From: Paramecium tetraurelia
Taxonomy: Eukaryota
NCBI GenBank assembly: GCA_000165425.1
Contig: CT868649.1
Location: 620,001 to 684,000, forward strand
DNA length: 64,000 nt
Direction: 5' to 3'
Shown here: positions 51,900 to 64,000 of the stretch, one piece after another
Numbering within the stretch: position 1 is the stretch's first letter
How the letters are laid out: each line of letters begins with the position of its first letter
Translations under genes and position numbers: made by a program
The notes under the pieces: model-generated
Told to the model about the DNA's origin: nothing
Databases searched by the model: none
What the model saw: only the letters and a program-made list of their open reading frames with translations

Positions 51900-54800
51900 T
51901 CAAAAATCAAGGTATGTCACTGCTGCGCTGATCTCTATTAAATCAAATGGTTTCGATATGAAATAATCCATCCCATTCCGAAAGCATTCCAATTTGCTAT
52001 TTAAATCAACCACTGTAGCCGTGGCAATTGCAAACCCTTTGTCCATACTACCCAATTACATCATTTATTTGATTTGCTAAACGAATTCTCCTCCTCTTAA
52101 AATCTATGTAATATAATGGAGTATTATTTACTGGAATATTGAGATCAATTATATATAATAAATAAAAGCGATTGCCACAATGACAGGGTTATCTCTTCTT
52201 GTTTTCTATTATTTCCATTGCTTGAACTCCATTAAAACAATAATCGCATTTGATATCATACTTCTAGAGTACTTTCTGTAGGACAATAACTGAAAATGGA
52301 TCATTGTCTAGGAGTAGTACTTTAGAACAACAATTGGTTCTTAATCTATACTTAATGACATGAGCTAAGAGTTTAGGATGGAATTCTGGTAATCTTACTT
52401 GATTGGCTGCTTGTTCTGTTTGACCAAAATCAATAAGTGTAAAAGTCTATTGAGATTCATGAGGAGATTCAATTTTTCCTACTACGCTCAAATTGTTTCT
52501 GTTTAGAATACGAGTGATTTGTTGAATGCTATCTGATTATATTTATTATTTCAATGTTCCAGAAAAGCTTCCACTATGTTCTCTTGATTACTTGTAAGGG
52601 GTGCCACTATTCAGAAATGCTTTGGAATTGGATGTTTCTTACCGAATCTTGGAGATTTACGAAAAATAGGCACTTTATAAATCTATTGGATCTGTGGGTT
52701 TATAGGACAACTATTTGGATAATTGAGTAAACGACAACAATTTAGATTCACCTCCTGGATTGTTGGAATTCATATTTTCTTAGAGTAACAGAGACAAAGA
52801 GGTTTCAAAGTATTTCTTTTTACCAAGTATTTTTATTGGTCCAGAATCTGCTGCTGAATTTTGGTATTTCATTTAAGAAGTCTAGGATTCGATAACAAAT
52901 GTGAAAGTACAAAATCCTTAATTATCAATTAGGAATTCAAGTCCTCTTTTGAATGAACCTGCTAATTACCAACAAAGGAGTATGCTCATTTGCAATTCTA
53001 GGGGATTTGTAAAGTCTAATTCATTTACAGCCTTCTGGCTTTTCAATTGCTAATTGAGGATTTTGGTCAGATTTATTATCCTTTGCTTGTTTAGTTCATC
53101 AAAATCTGATTTTGTATCTTTGATGGTGATCATCACTCCTTATAAAGTGTAACTCTTGATCTCCAACTTAATAGAACTTTGGGATGATGATTACAGAAAA
53201 TAATACAGTAGACAGGAGATTATTTATTTAATCTGAAAATAAAATGTAAAATTACTCTTTCTGCATCACTAAAGATGATTGCATTGCCATCTTACAAGTC
53301 TATATTGGTTGTCAATTTGATTTATTTGAGTTGTAACACAGGTTCAAAATTTAAAAGTAATTCGTCCAGTAGATCTTCCATTTTGATTGCATTCATCTTG
53401 AAGAATAATTGATTTGTCAGATAGAATATGTAATCTTTCATGGAATTCAAAAAATAGGTGAATCTCTGACTTGAGTACCTCATATTTTATAAGCAATTAA
53501 CAATATACTCATCTTTATTATTATTAAGCTATTTTTGAGAATAGCTTATCTGATTCTTTGATTCGTTGTTCTATTCATTATTTTATTATTATTATTGATC
53601 AATGTGATGGATAAGGATGAGGATATAAGTGAGTATGCAATTAACATAGTTGATAGACTCATGAGAATAAGTGAGATAGATGTTTTGTAGGACTAAACTG
53701 GTTTCTTGATTTTGCATCTTTGGGGCAATTGGAATGTGATCTAGAGTAAATAGAATGAATTTATGATTATCTATTTGATTTACAAACAATTTAATTTGTA
53801 TTCCATCCAAATCCAAGAAATCATTCTTCACTTTGAATATAGTCATGGTGAAGAATCTCCATCTTTCTATCAATATCATTAATTTACTTTTCAAAATCTT
53901 TGATTAAGAACATAGTAAGGTCTCTAAGCGAAAATTGGCCTTTGATTTTACATCTGTGCACCTCATTGAGATTGTTCAACAAGAAGGAACCACTAGATGA
54001 TATTCAATATCTACTTACTCACTGAATAAAGAATCGCTGAATCCCGATTGTCCCAATAATTCATTAATCTCCTTGCTTCCGATCAGTATGGTGGATTCCA
54101 AAAAGGTAGCTTCGCAATCCAATTTGTCACCAATGTTCTTCTATAACTTCCCAAGATAGAATGTTTAATAAACAATAGTAAAATCTATATTGTAAACTAA
54201 GACAGACTGATTTGAGAGCCACGACCTTGAATTCTTTTTACACTCATTAGTACATATTAGTCATGATGAGATCATCTTCATTCAACACTTGCTGAACACT
54301 GTTCAATTACAATGGTTTAATATCTGAAGACGACATTCCAGGGGATTTCGATAATTCATCTTGTCTAAATGATTTAATTTCTTGAGATTTTGCATGAAAC
54401 GTCGGAGGTGCATCCTGAGTGAGTTTCTGAGGCAGCTATTGATTAGATTATAGTTCATTGAATTTACATTGCATTCCTATCTAAAGAAATACAAAAAAAC
54501 AATAAGAATAGAAGATCAAATTTTAAGGTAGTGTTATAAGATTGGAGTGATCATATAGGATGGCTTGAAGTGCCAGTTTACTTAAGATGGCTAGTTTGAG
54601 ATTGTGTTAGAGTTCCAAATGGTTAATCAATAGTAAAGAGAGTTCCTGGTTGGAGATTGCAAAGTATAACACAATGGTCAGCAATCTGAGGTTGAATAAA
54701 AAATGGAATTGCTTTTAGGATGGCTTTTTGAGAATGAAGTTTTGTATTTTACAGTAGGCAATGATGAAAGTAAGGAAGATGTTTATGCAAGCAAGGATGA

Positions 54801-54918
54801 GGGTTTGAATGTTAATTTAATTGAAAGTTTCTTGAATAGAGAAATGGCATACCATATGAAATTTTAAGGATGAGGAGGAGTTCTGATAAGAGTATTTCTG
54901 ATATTTATAATTTAGCAT
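51900..54918 (-). CDS. Hybrid sensor histidine-kinase-like protein (TMs, DHp, degenerate ATPase domain, receiver)
   Basis: H-box YSHESINYVNCIL, SDAERIKQII, receiver LLLDNDPF...IIDLNIP...ISKPF. Confidence 0.85.
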
Positions 54919-54968
54919 TATTCATAATAAATTTATTATAAGAAGAATATACAATATTTTATATATTT

Positions 54969-55817
54969 ATGTCATTTCTATAAATACTTAGCGACATAAT
55001 AGGATGGACCTACTTTGCTGCTTGGAGTATCAGTTTTTATCCGTAAATCTATGAAAATTGGAAATTGAAAAAGTATCATATAGCATATATCTAAGTGTGA
55101 ATGGATTGAGTGTTGATTATGTGGGTTTGAACATAACAGGATATATCTGTTTATGCATTTACAGTACAGCCGGATATCTTGATTAATCTTTGGAGGTTGG
55201 AACAATTCACCCTGAGGACTTGGCATTCGCATATCATGGCTTATTGTGCACAATCATAATAATAGGCCAGATGATCTTTTATCCTGTATTAAATCCTTAG
55301 ATTACAGTTAGGAGACAATAAATTATCAATTTACATTATAGCCGTCTTGGTATTCCTATGGACCCTTACACCAATCTATTTCCTATTGACACAAGTACTA
55401 TACTAATGAATTAATTAGACATTCGATGTGTTCCATGTATCTGTTAGTTACAATGCATATAGAATGATTGGTTATGACAAATTGCTGATAAGCTTTATCA
55501 AGTATATTCCATAAGTATACTGGAATTACAAAAGGAAGAAAACACTAGGTTGGAACATTTGGGTAAGTCTATTGGATATAACAGGTGGACTGTTATCTGT
55601 TCTGTAAACTATAATGGATCAATTTATTTAAGATGGTAAGCTATGTCTATAATTAGTAAACAACGAGATAAACCCAGTCAAATTTGCATTGGGGTTGCTG
55701 ACAATTGGTTTTGATTCGATTTTGATCTTCTAACATTATTTTCTATATCCACCAAAGAAGGAAACTTAGGTTATGGATTATGTCACAATGAAGGATAATG
55801 GAATAGATGATATATGA
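54969..55817 (+). CDS. CTNS: Cystinosin-like PQ-loop lysosomal transporter
   Basis: IGWTYFAAWSISFYPQIYENW..K.V.GLSVD, RKNTLGWNI..LLDITGG, NPVKFALG; tail YVTM (YxxPhi). Confidence 0.93.
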
Positions 55818-55853
55818 TAAATACTAGATTATACACATTATAATTAGAGAATA

Positions 55854-57132
55854 TCAATGATGCTTATGGATCTCCATTTTTCTTACATTTGCACACCTAG
55901 CATCTTAATCTGCATTGATCTCAAAGTCAGCAGTTATTCCTATCTTAAAACTATCATTTTGATGTCTTTGTTAAAAGCGAGATCTCTTTTCATTTGGACT
56001 TAATGACTCATTTCTAAAGTATTCTAACTATAATGCTTCTTGAGCATTCACTCTTTTGCAAGGATCCATCTCAAGCATAGCTCGTATTAAACGAATTGCC
56101 TATTTGGGTGTGTTGGCTTTCTCTAAGACCTTGAAGTCGATGGAACCATTCCTTAAGATGTTGTAAAAAACATTGGATTCTTGCATATATCGAATGGGAT
56201 GTATATCTTCTCCTGAATATAATTTATATAAGATCGCTCCACAACTGTAGACATCCATTTTGTCATTTTGGATAGGACTGTCTTGTAAGGCTTCAGGAGC
56301 AGTATACATGCCATATAATATTGGCTTAGCATTTGTGTCATCTTATTTCATTGCAAAGTTGAAATCTACCAATTTCAAACTATCCAGTTTTCCAGATTGT
56401 GCAAACATTATATTGGCTGGTTTGATATCTCTGTGGACTATTCCCTCACCCTTCAAATAAACCAAAGCTTACAAGAGAGCCTTAGATTTAGTTATTTATA
56501 TTAATACCTAAATAATAATTTTGCACTGTTAATGTGTTGTAATTAGATTTCTCTCAATTAATTTTGATAGCGTTTGACCTCCCATTAGTTCCATTATTAT
56601 ATAATAATATTGCTCTCCCTAAAAGTATTCTTTGAATTGGATGATATGACTATGTTCCAAGTTCTGATGCATCCTGATTTCCTAATAAAAATCATCTTTT
56701 CTTTCCAAACATTTCAATGCCCACAAGGATTTGTTTACGGTGTCTTCCACTCTAAACACTTTACTATCTGCTCCTTCTCCAATTTAATTACTACACTTAA
56801 ACAAGTTCACTATGCCATCAAAAACTATCTTGCCTCCTATTAATCTACGCATTTCCTCTAATTCCTTGTGATTCCCTTTAAAAAACTTCACTTTCTTCTT
56901 AACTATGATTCCAAAGGCATGGATTCTTTGTTGTTCTGTGTACCAATAGACTTTGTTGTCAAAATTAAGAGGGCAAACATACTTAGTCTTCTGGGATTTA
57001 AACTATTATAAGGGTTTGAGAATATACCTAGTTAATTCGAATTTAATCAGTAAGGATATTCACAGTATAATAGGAATTCATGAAATAATGGATACGCTCG
57101 CAAGTAAAGGAAAGATTTACTGGTAATGACAT
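55854..57132 (-). CDS. CAMK-like Ser/Thr kinase with a PH-like N-terminus
   Basis: GEGADSKV, WALK, HRDIKPAN, VDFNFA, YTAPE, DVYSCG. Confidence 0.9.
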
Positions 57133-57246
57133 GGGGGCTTCAACAATATATATTTTATTATTTATAAGAAACACAATAACTAATATAAAAGAGAAATATA
57201 GGAAAGCCATTTATATAGTGATGCGGGATTTCAAAACTGTGATAAT

Positions 57247-57600
57247 TCAATCATTATTAAGCAATAAATTCCTGCCATACTTTTTCAATGCATAAACTAC
57301 ATCCATGGCTTAAACGGTATTTCTTTAGGCATGTTCAGTGTAAATGATGGCATCTTTGACCAAGGATGACAAGAAATTAACTATGACATCTCTAATTTAA
57401 GATTTGCATACGAAATCATACCTAGTTGTCGGATAAGAATCTGATGAAATTCTTTTAACTCCTCCTCTTCGAGCCAGTCTACGTATGTCACCATTAGTGA
57501 TGTGTTACCCTCCCTTCTTCTCTTTATTCATTCTACTCTTGTGTCTTTTAGCACCTGCTAGCTTACCCTATCCCATACGTTTGCCCTTTTGGTTGTCCAT
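57247..57600 (-). CDS. Divergent histone H4 variant, 107 aa
   Basis: GAKRH...[14 protein letters not shown]...YTEHA.[12 protein letters not shown]; colinear with H4 after removing the 30-nt intron 57392-57421. Confidence 0.93.
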
Positions 57601-57695
57601 TCCAATGAGATTAATTTAAATTTAAATAAAAATAAGCGCTAATAATTTGTTTATTATAAGTTATATAATCATTTTTTAATATTCGTAAATCATCA

Positions 57696-58160
57696 TCAAC
57701 TGAAATACTTCATGTATCTAAAAATGAGATCTTCTGAAACAAATAGATCATAATTCAATAACTCCAATACTTCCAATTCCATTTCATTCAACAATCTTAA
57801 AGAAATTCCACCCAACTTGGCGAAATATTTATTCGAGTATTTATGATCATCCCAAAATTTAATACAAATAACTAACAAGACCAATGTGAGTGTATATAAA
57901 CTAGCTTAATCCAACCATAAATGTTCATTTTTAGTAGTAAATCTATCAAGATATATTAACACTATTGCATAACATTGAATTGAACAATCACTATAAAGCA
58001 GAAGACGTTTCAAGTAGTCAGAATAACCAATTTTAGGAAGAGTTCTCTGTGAAAACTTACAAATTTTTCCACTAGAATTCCATCTATATATTATTTGACC
58101 ACTTAATTTCAGAAACATTTCAGACGTCTAGTCTACATTGTAGTCTAGAGCTGAAGTCAT
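57696..58160 (-). CDS. PHO80-like (P/U-type) cyclin, 154 aa
   Basis: PKIGYSDYLKRL, LIYLDR, KFWDDHKYSNKYFAKLGGI...LNEMELE.L.LLNYDL; intronless. Confidence 0.93.
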
Positions 58161-58272
58161 CCTTTCTTGATTGATAAATTATTTTTTTAAAATATAATTA
58201 ATGATCAATAATATTTCTTTAATTATTTAAGATTTCTTACACCTATATATTTTATATCTGATAATATTTTTA

Positions 58273-58587
58273 TCATTTCCTTATTGCTTTCCTCAAAATT
58301 GCAATTCCAAAACCAAGACTCAATCCCACAATGCTCATTCCCAAATACTTCTTCGGGTCCTACACATCCCAACAATACACTTTCAAAATCGAATGCGTTC
58401 CAAATACTCTATTCACCTCAGAATAAATTTGAGCATTGTTATATCCCTTCCTCAACAATTTCCTCACAATATCCCTTTACTCCTTAGCACATGGAGTCTC
58501 TATGAATTCAATCGTTGAATTCACACTCTCCCCATCCAAACTTCGAATCCCTTTGCAAATCTCCAAGAACCTTTCTTCTCTTTCCAT
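58273..58587 (-). CDS. CcmH-like cytochrome c maturation protein, 104 aa, lacking CxxC
   Basis: Intronless 315-nt ORF; EERF.EI...IR, A.E.R..VR.LL..G....QI......FG and a C-terminal TM match the CcmH pattern by eye. Confidence 0.65.
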
Positions 58588-59356
58588 TTTATAATCTTAA
58601 TAATAAAATTAACTTAATTCAACACCCTAAGAATAATCCAATCCATCCCCCCTAATTATCATCTCATTGCTTCTATTCCTACAACTCCTGTGCACAACCC
58701 TCACTTCATAATCATTTTTCAAATTGAATTTGATCCTCAGAATTATTTGACATGTTATCTAAATTTGTAGTATTTTGATAGTTTAGATCTATTTAGAATA
58801 AATGCGTAAAAGTCACCCCTAAACTATAATCTCCATCTTAATCATATATATTCTGCAGATCCACTTTTAAATTTCTGATTTATTTACAATTTAGTTTTTG
58901 TTGAACCTTGCCATTTCATACATACAACTAAATGCCTATTGAAAATAATGTCCAAATCATTCCCAATAATTCTCCATTTACTTATTTTTAGAGTGATCTT
59001 ATGGGTAAATTTAGAACATAAATCTTATGAGTAAGGAATTGCTTTGTATGTTTAATATGATTTTAAAGGCTGATGAATATTAGATAACTATTCGACTTTT
59101 ACAAAAACCTATTCCATCCAATTTATTCTATCATATCTCTCAGGTAAAAATACTCCATTTAGTAAAGAACATCCTTATCATCAACACTTTTTAACTCATA
59201 CTGTATCTCTGCAGGTTGTATATCTTTTATTTATTGACACTACTCTCCTTGCCTAGTTATAATATTTCATCAGATTATTCTATATATTTATAAATAATAT
59301 CAATACTTGAAATTTAATACGATTCTAATTCTAAAATTATATATAATTCATATTAT

Positions 59357-62300
59357 ATGTTTAATCAAAATTCCTCTTCATTATCCCAAGGATAATAGTA
59401 GACTCCGACCAATTAGAAAGTTAGTGAAATTTAGGCCTAGTAATTCCCTCCAGTTGGATCAAACTTTATTAAAACTGTATAAATTCCGAATTAAAATTCA
59501 TAAATTGCATTACAACCAGGCTAATCAGTGCCCAGTAACTTTTAGATTACTTTAAACCAACAGTCCTAAGTTAATAAACTTGCCCAGAATTTGGTAAACC
59601 TTCAAATCTAGATTAGCAGAATCCTATAAATTTTCCGATTCCTCAAATTTAATAGGTTGTTCAACCTGCCTCAATCTAAATCAATTAGACCAATTTGAAC
59701 AATCAACAATTCCCATAACACCCATAGACAAAGTCAGTGGTTAATCAATTAATACAACCTCAAAATTAACCTCAAGTTCATTTATGTATAATTCTATTAA
59801 AATATTTGTTTAGAGTAATAACCTATATTGGAGTTCAAACAAGTTCCTTATCTGGAAAATAATGAATTAAGTAATTAAAATAATAGTAACTTACTCTAGA
59901 ATTGAAGAAGGATCACTTAGATCAATTGGAAGAGAAATCTAAGGAACTTTCAAGATAATTAGAAGAAATGAATCTAAAAATGAGTAACTTGAACCAATAG
60001 AGATAATAATTTTTAGGGAGAATATAAAATCTCAAAAAAGAAATTGATGCAGAAGAAACAAAAAGGAAATAACTCACTCAATAACTAGAAAATTAATAAT
60101 AGACTTTAGATTCTAAAAAGTCAGAATTAAAAGTTCAATTCGATGAGGCATAAATAGAGAGGAATGAATTTTAAACATAACTGGGTATGGAAGTTCAAAG
60201 GATCAATCAACTGACTTAAGAATATAGAGAATCTGTCAAAAGCACAACTAGTGACTCGACCAAATAAATATAATCAAGACTTGATTAATTATACGAATAA
60301 AATCGAAAATTGAAAGACGAATTAGAATTACAACAAGAAAGCTAATAAACTAACTAAAATAAAGAGCATTAAATATAGAGATTATAAGAAATTGTTGAAA
60401 GCAAAGAAAGATACAAAAGGTAAGTTGATTAAGAATCGAAACTAATACAAGATGACATTGATTAGTATGAGTCTCAAATACAAATGAGGGATCAAAATAT
60501 CAATCAGTTAAGTTTCGAATTAAAATAAGAAGAGAAAAAACTCAAAACCTTAATTTAATAGGTTGATTCTATGAAAGAATAGATCAAACTCAATGATGAT
60601 AGAATTCGTCTAAAAAGTTAACAGATTTCCTAATTAGAGGAGAAAGCCTTGTCTGTCTTTAAAAATTCTGGAAATAGGTAGTAGTTAAATGCCCTAAAAC
60701 AAGATGTTGAACATCAGGATTTGATGTATGATCAAGAATTAAGGAAAAAGTAAGGAGAAATTACACAATCAAAAATAGCTTTGGGAAACAATAAAAAATA
60801 ATAAAAAGAACTTGAAGAAAATCAAAGACAACTTAAAATAAAGTAAGGAAAGGAATTGCAAATGAAGTTTAAAGAGAGCTTTGGTTAACTTGAAGTTTGC
60901 TTCTTAATAGATTCAACAGCGTAAGGAATTTCAATTTATTGTTAGATCAATGGAGCCTTATAAGAGATAAGCTCAGCTTTGTGTTAAAGGAAGTGTGAAG
61001 GCAATCAAAGTATTAACATAGAGAGACACAAGTTGGTCTACTGTATGTTACGTTGATACAGACATCTTACCAAAGTTGGGAGGAATGTATCAATAGTATG
61101 GGTTCACAAGAGATTCAAATGAATTAGAAAGGTTTATTGAATAAGTCAAATGTACTCCTAATAGAGATTTGCCAGAAGATGTAGAAGGAGGCATGAAATA
61201 AATGTTGAATAATATACCCTGGTAAACCAAATTTAAGTTAGCTATATTAATTTGTGATTGCCCATGTCATGGAACTAAGTTCCATAATTATCGTAAAAAT
61301 GAGGATTTCTAACCAGATGCTGATTTCACTCCAACTATCGAAAGAATGATTTAGGAGGAAATATTCTTCATAGGAATTATATTTACTAAACATACAATCA
61401 AGATGTATGAGGAAATAACAAAAATATATCAGAGACACGGAAAGGAAGAATATTTTATTTTATCAGATTTAAGTAATATTTCTTAAGACTTATAATATGA
61501 AAAATTAACTGAAGTCTTAAGCTTTGCATCTGCATAAGCAACATAAACAAATGTGAAAACTACAAGAACCTTAAACCAAGCCAATGCCATTTTAAAAAAT
61601 GAAGAAAGCAAAAATTCCCCTGCTAGTCCAGTTGAAGCCCTTTGCAAAGTCGATCTCAAGTAAGGTCTAAATGCAGACAATGCTGTAAGAGAGACTTTTA
61701 AGGTCTTTAGACTTTAAATGAAAGAAGAATCTTTCTAAGAGAAAATGAAAGCCATTTAGAATATTGGAGTTAATGATTTCTCATTGATTGAAGAAAATGA
61801 TTGGGATTGCTTGAGATCAAAAAATGCATTTGCAAAAGGAGCAATGAAAGCAGCCTTTTTGATGATTAAATCTAAAAATATGGGTTCTAAGAATGAATTC
61901 TACGTTTGTAAGACTCCTTTGAATATGCAACCCTATCCAAATTAGGAGAGTGCTATTAAAGAATGCATATTGCATTTAGTGAGTCAGAAGTGGTTGAGAA
62001 AGTATTACAAGGATTTGGATGAAGTAGCAGCATCAACAAAATAGCAATATCCACAAATCAGTTACTCAGATATTCTCTTGCTCCAAGATGCAAATAGTAT
62101 ATTTATGTTTTATAATAGAAAAATTTTGGTTGGCTGAGAGATTCTTTGAAGGTAATTTTATTAAGTACAATAACAATTGGGGATTTGTGAATAGCTCAAC
62201 GGATGATATTAATAAATTAGCTCAATGCTTTTCTTATTATACATACTTCAAAAGCGATTATCAATATTTGATATGCGATATTCAAGGAGTTGGTACTTGT

Positions 62301-62476
62301 TTGACAGATCCTGCAATTTGTACTAAAAATAGTATTAGAGTAATTCTATTATTTAAGATCACAAAATCGATCCAACTGATATGGGCGAGGAAGGAATAGG
62401 AAGATATGTAGTGTCATTTGGGGCAGTTAAGAATAGTTGCACAAATATATTAAAGGCATTAAAAATAGAATTATGA
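59357..62476 (+). CDS. Alpha-kinase with coiled coil and vWA domain
   Basis: P/Q-rich start, coiled coil, CFLIDSTASM, DLPEDV.GG, FAKGAMK, ERFFEGNFIKYNNNWG, ICDIQGVG...LTDP. Confidence 0.9.
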
Positions 62477-62530
62477 TATTAAATAATAAGATAAAATATT
62501 GTCTATTAAGGAAGGAAATAAATATAATAA

Positions 62531-63328
62531 TCACTCTCTTATTGTGATTCCATTTAATTCTAACAGCTTATCAAGTTACGTTTGCATCGTTTGCAAGATG
62601 TTTGTATTCTCTTTATTGAGTTGGATCACGATAAAGAAGATGGCAAAACAATCATTAATCATTTCCCCACTATACTCCAAATAATGGGCTTGCCTTTCTC
62701 CATCGTCATTAGTTGGGATGATGTCTCCATAGATGAGCAGTTTAATTAAGGACATGATGAATGTTACTATAATTATGAAAGATTCCGAATATCTATATTT
62801 GTACATCAACGATGTCTTATCCTATTGAAAAATGAATAGAAAATCTGTTAATGTTAAAAGTAATTAAACACTATATTCTATCCAATGAGAGGTAGGCTCA
62901 AATAATTCAGGGTTGAATAAAAATAGAATCAATGCTACTAATGTCCCTCCTATATTAATTATTATTAGATATATCTTGTATGAATCCAATGTCACTATAC
63001 CTGTTAATATGAGTACACATCCTTCGCTCAAAGCAAAAAAAAATGCTCCCCAAAAATCCAATTGGTGGAAAGGTAAATAAAAATATTCTTCTATTACTTC
63101 TTGTGTTTGAAAATTTGCAATAAATAAAGATAAATTGCAAAAGAAATTTAGAACAATCACTAAAACAAAGAAGGCAAAGATGAATTTTTTGAATTTATGT
63201 TCATTATAAATATGATTGTACAATAAGCTCTAATTTTACAAATTTAGTGAGCAATATTTTGACTTCTATTTCTCTACAGTTTCTAGCGGTGTAATTTGAG
63301 GATTAATTTGATCCAAATTTTAACTCAT
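62531..63328 (-). CDS. Multi-pass (about 6 TM) membrane protein, 265 aa
   Basis: Intronless 798-nt code-6 ORF joining two ORF-track fragments; three HxxE/D helices. Confidence 0.8.
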
Positions 63329-63476
63329 TTTAGTTGAAAATCTTTAATTAATGAATCACCACATCTGATTTAATCCGATTATTAAGTTACAGATAATCCG
63401 TCATCAAATAGAAAGCATATTTAATTTAGAATTAATTATCTTTGAATAAAGCACCAACTATTTGATATATAAATAT

Positions 63477-64000
63477 ATGAATATTTATACATTGAAATTT
63501 GAGGAAAGCACCTTAGAGAATTCTTATCAATTACATAAATTCAATATATGGCAATGCCCCATTCTTATCTACACATATGTGTTATCAATAATAATTGTTG
63601 GCAGCAAACTAATATATTAATTAGTGATTCATGACTATATGTATTTGATACATAAAGTAGTAATACTCTTTATAGTAATACTGCTATGCATATTTTTTAA
63701 ACATTTCAAGAAATTTCCAAATTTAACCTTGCTGTTAATCAACTTTTTACTTTTATCACTTGAAACCGAGACAAATTAGAATAATACTTATTATCAAGGA
63801 TACTTGTTTGGATGTAATTAGATGCTTGCACATGCTATTCTATTCTTAGGTTCAGATTTTTTAGTTGGTTTGGGTGCGAATGTAGTTTTGGCAGTAGCAA
63901 GGGCAGTAATCACATATGTTAACGAAGATTATTTAACTTTTCAATAGTATCTCTACACTATTTTGATTACTTTTGGGGTTTCTGGGTTATTATATTAATC
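63477..64000 (+). CDS. 5' part of a multi-pass membrane protein, truncated by window end
   Basis: MNIYTLKFEESTLENSYQ followed by several hydrophobic helices; frame open to the edge. Confidence 0.7.

Noticed and set aside
2299..58587. Functional cluster of mitochondrial genes (two ANT-like, MCU, Atp23-like, CcmH-like)
   Set aside because: Scattered among unrelated genes on both strands; compatible with chance
441..63223. Most standard-code ORF-track entries (e.g. 441-875, 12994-13257, 35714-35941, 45957-46424, 58284-58487)
   Set aside because: Wrong-frame or antisense shadows of code-6 genes
1..64000. Telomeric repeats, transposons, retained IESs
   Set aside because: No C4A2/C3A3 arrays or transposase motifs seen; IESs cannot be called without a MIC/MAC comparison

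Overview
AT-rich, gene-dense ciliate macronuclear-type DNA, almost certainly Paramecium. TAA/TAG encode Gln (translation table 6): the cystinosin PQ motif is CCG-TAA, the ADP/ATP carrier YFPTQA uses TAG, and one CDS holds a (TAA)12 run. TGA is the only stop, and genes are split by 20-30 nt GT..AG introns. The supplied standard-code ORF track therefore only shows fragments, and I re-translated genes by hand. The window holds about 40 protein genes, several decayed gene remnants, one 5S rRNA gene and one 150-N gap. I saw no telomeres, transposase, CRISPR or tRNA. The best leads are: a strongly divergent histone H4 variant with a stopless 3n intron; a small CcmH-like protein lacking CxxC; an ADP/ATP-carrier paralog that shares introns with the canonical carrier in this window but has lost the carrier signatures; an MCU with WNxxEP instead of WDxxEP; an intronless membrane protein with a three-fold HxxE/D motif; and several probable pseudo-enzymes. 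I found no multi-gene system or operon. All family calls come from recalled motifs, not database searches, and exon boundaries are manual predictions.
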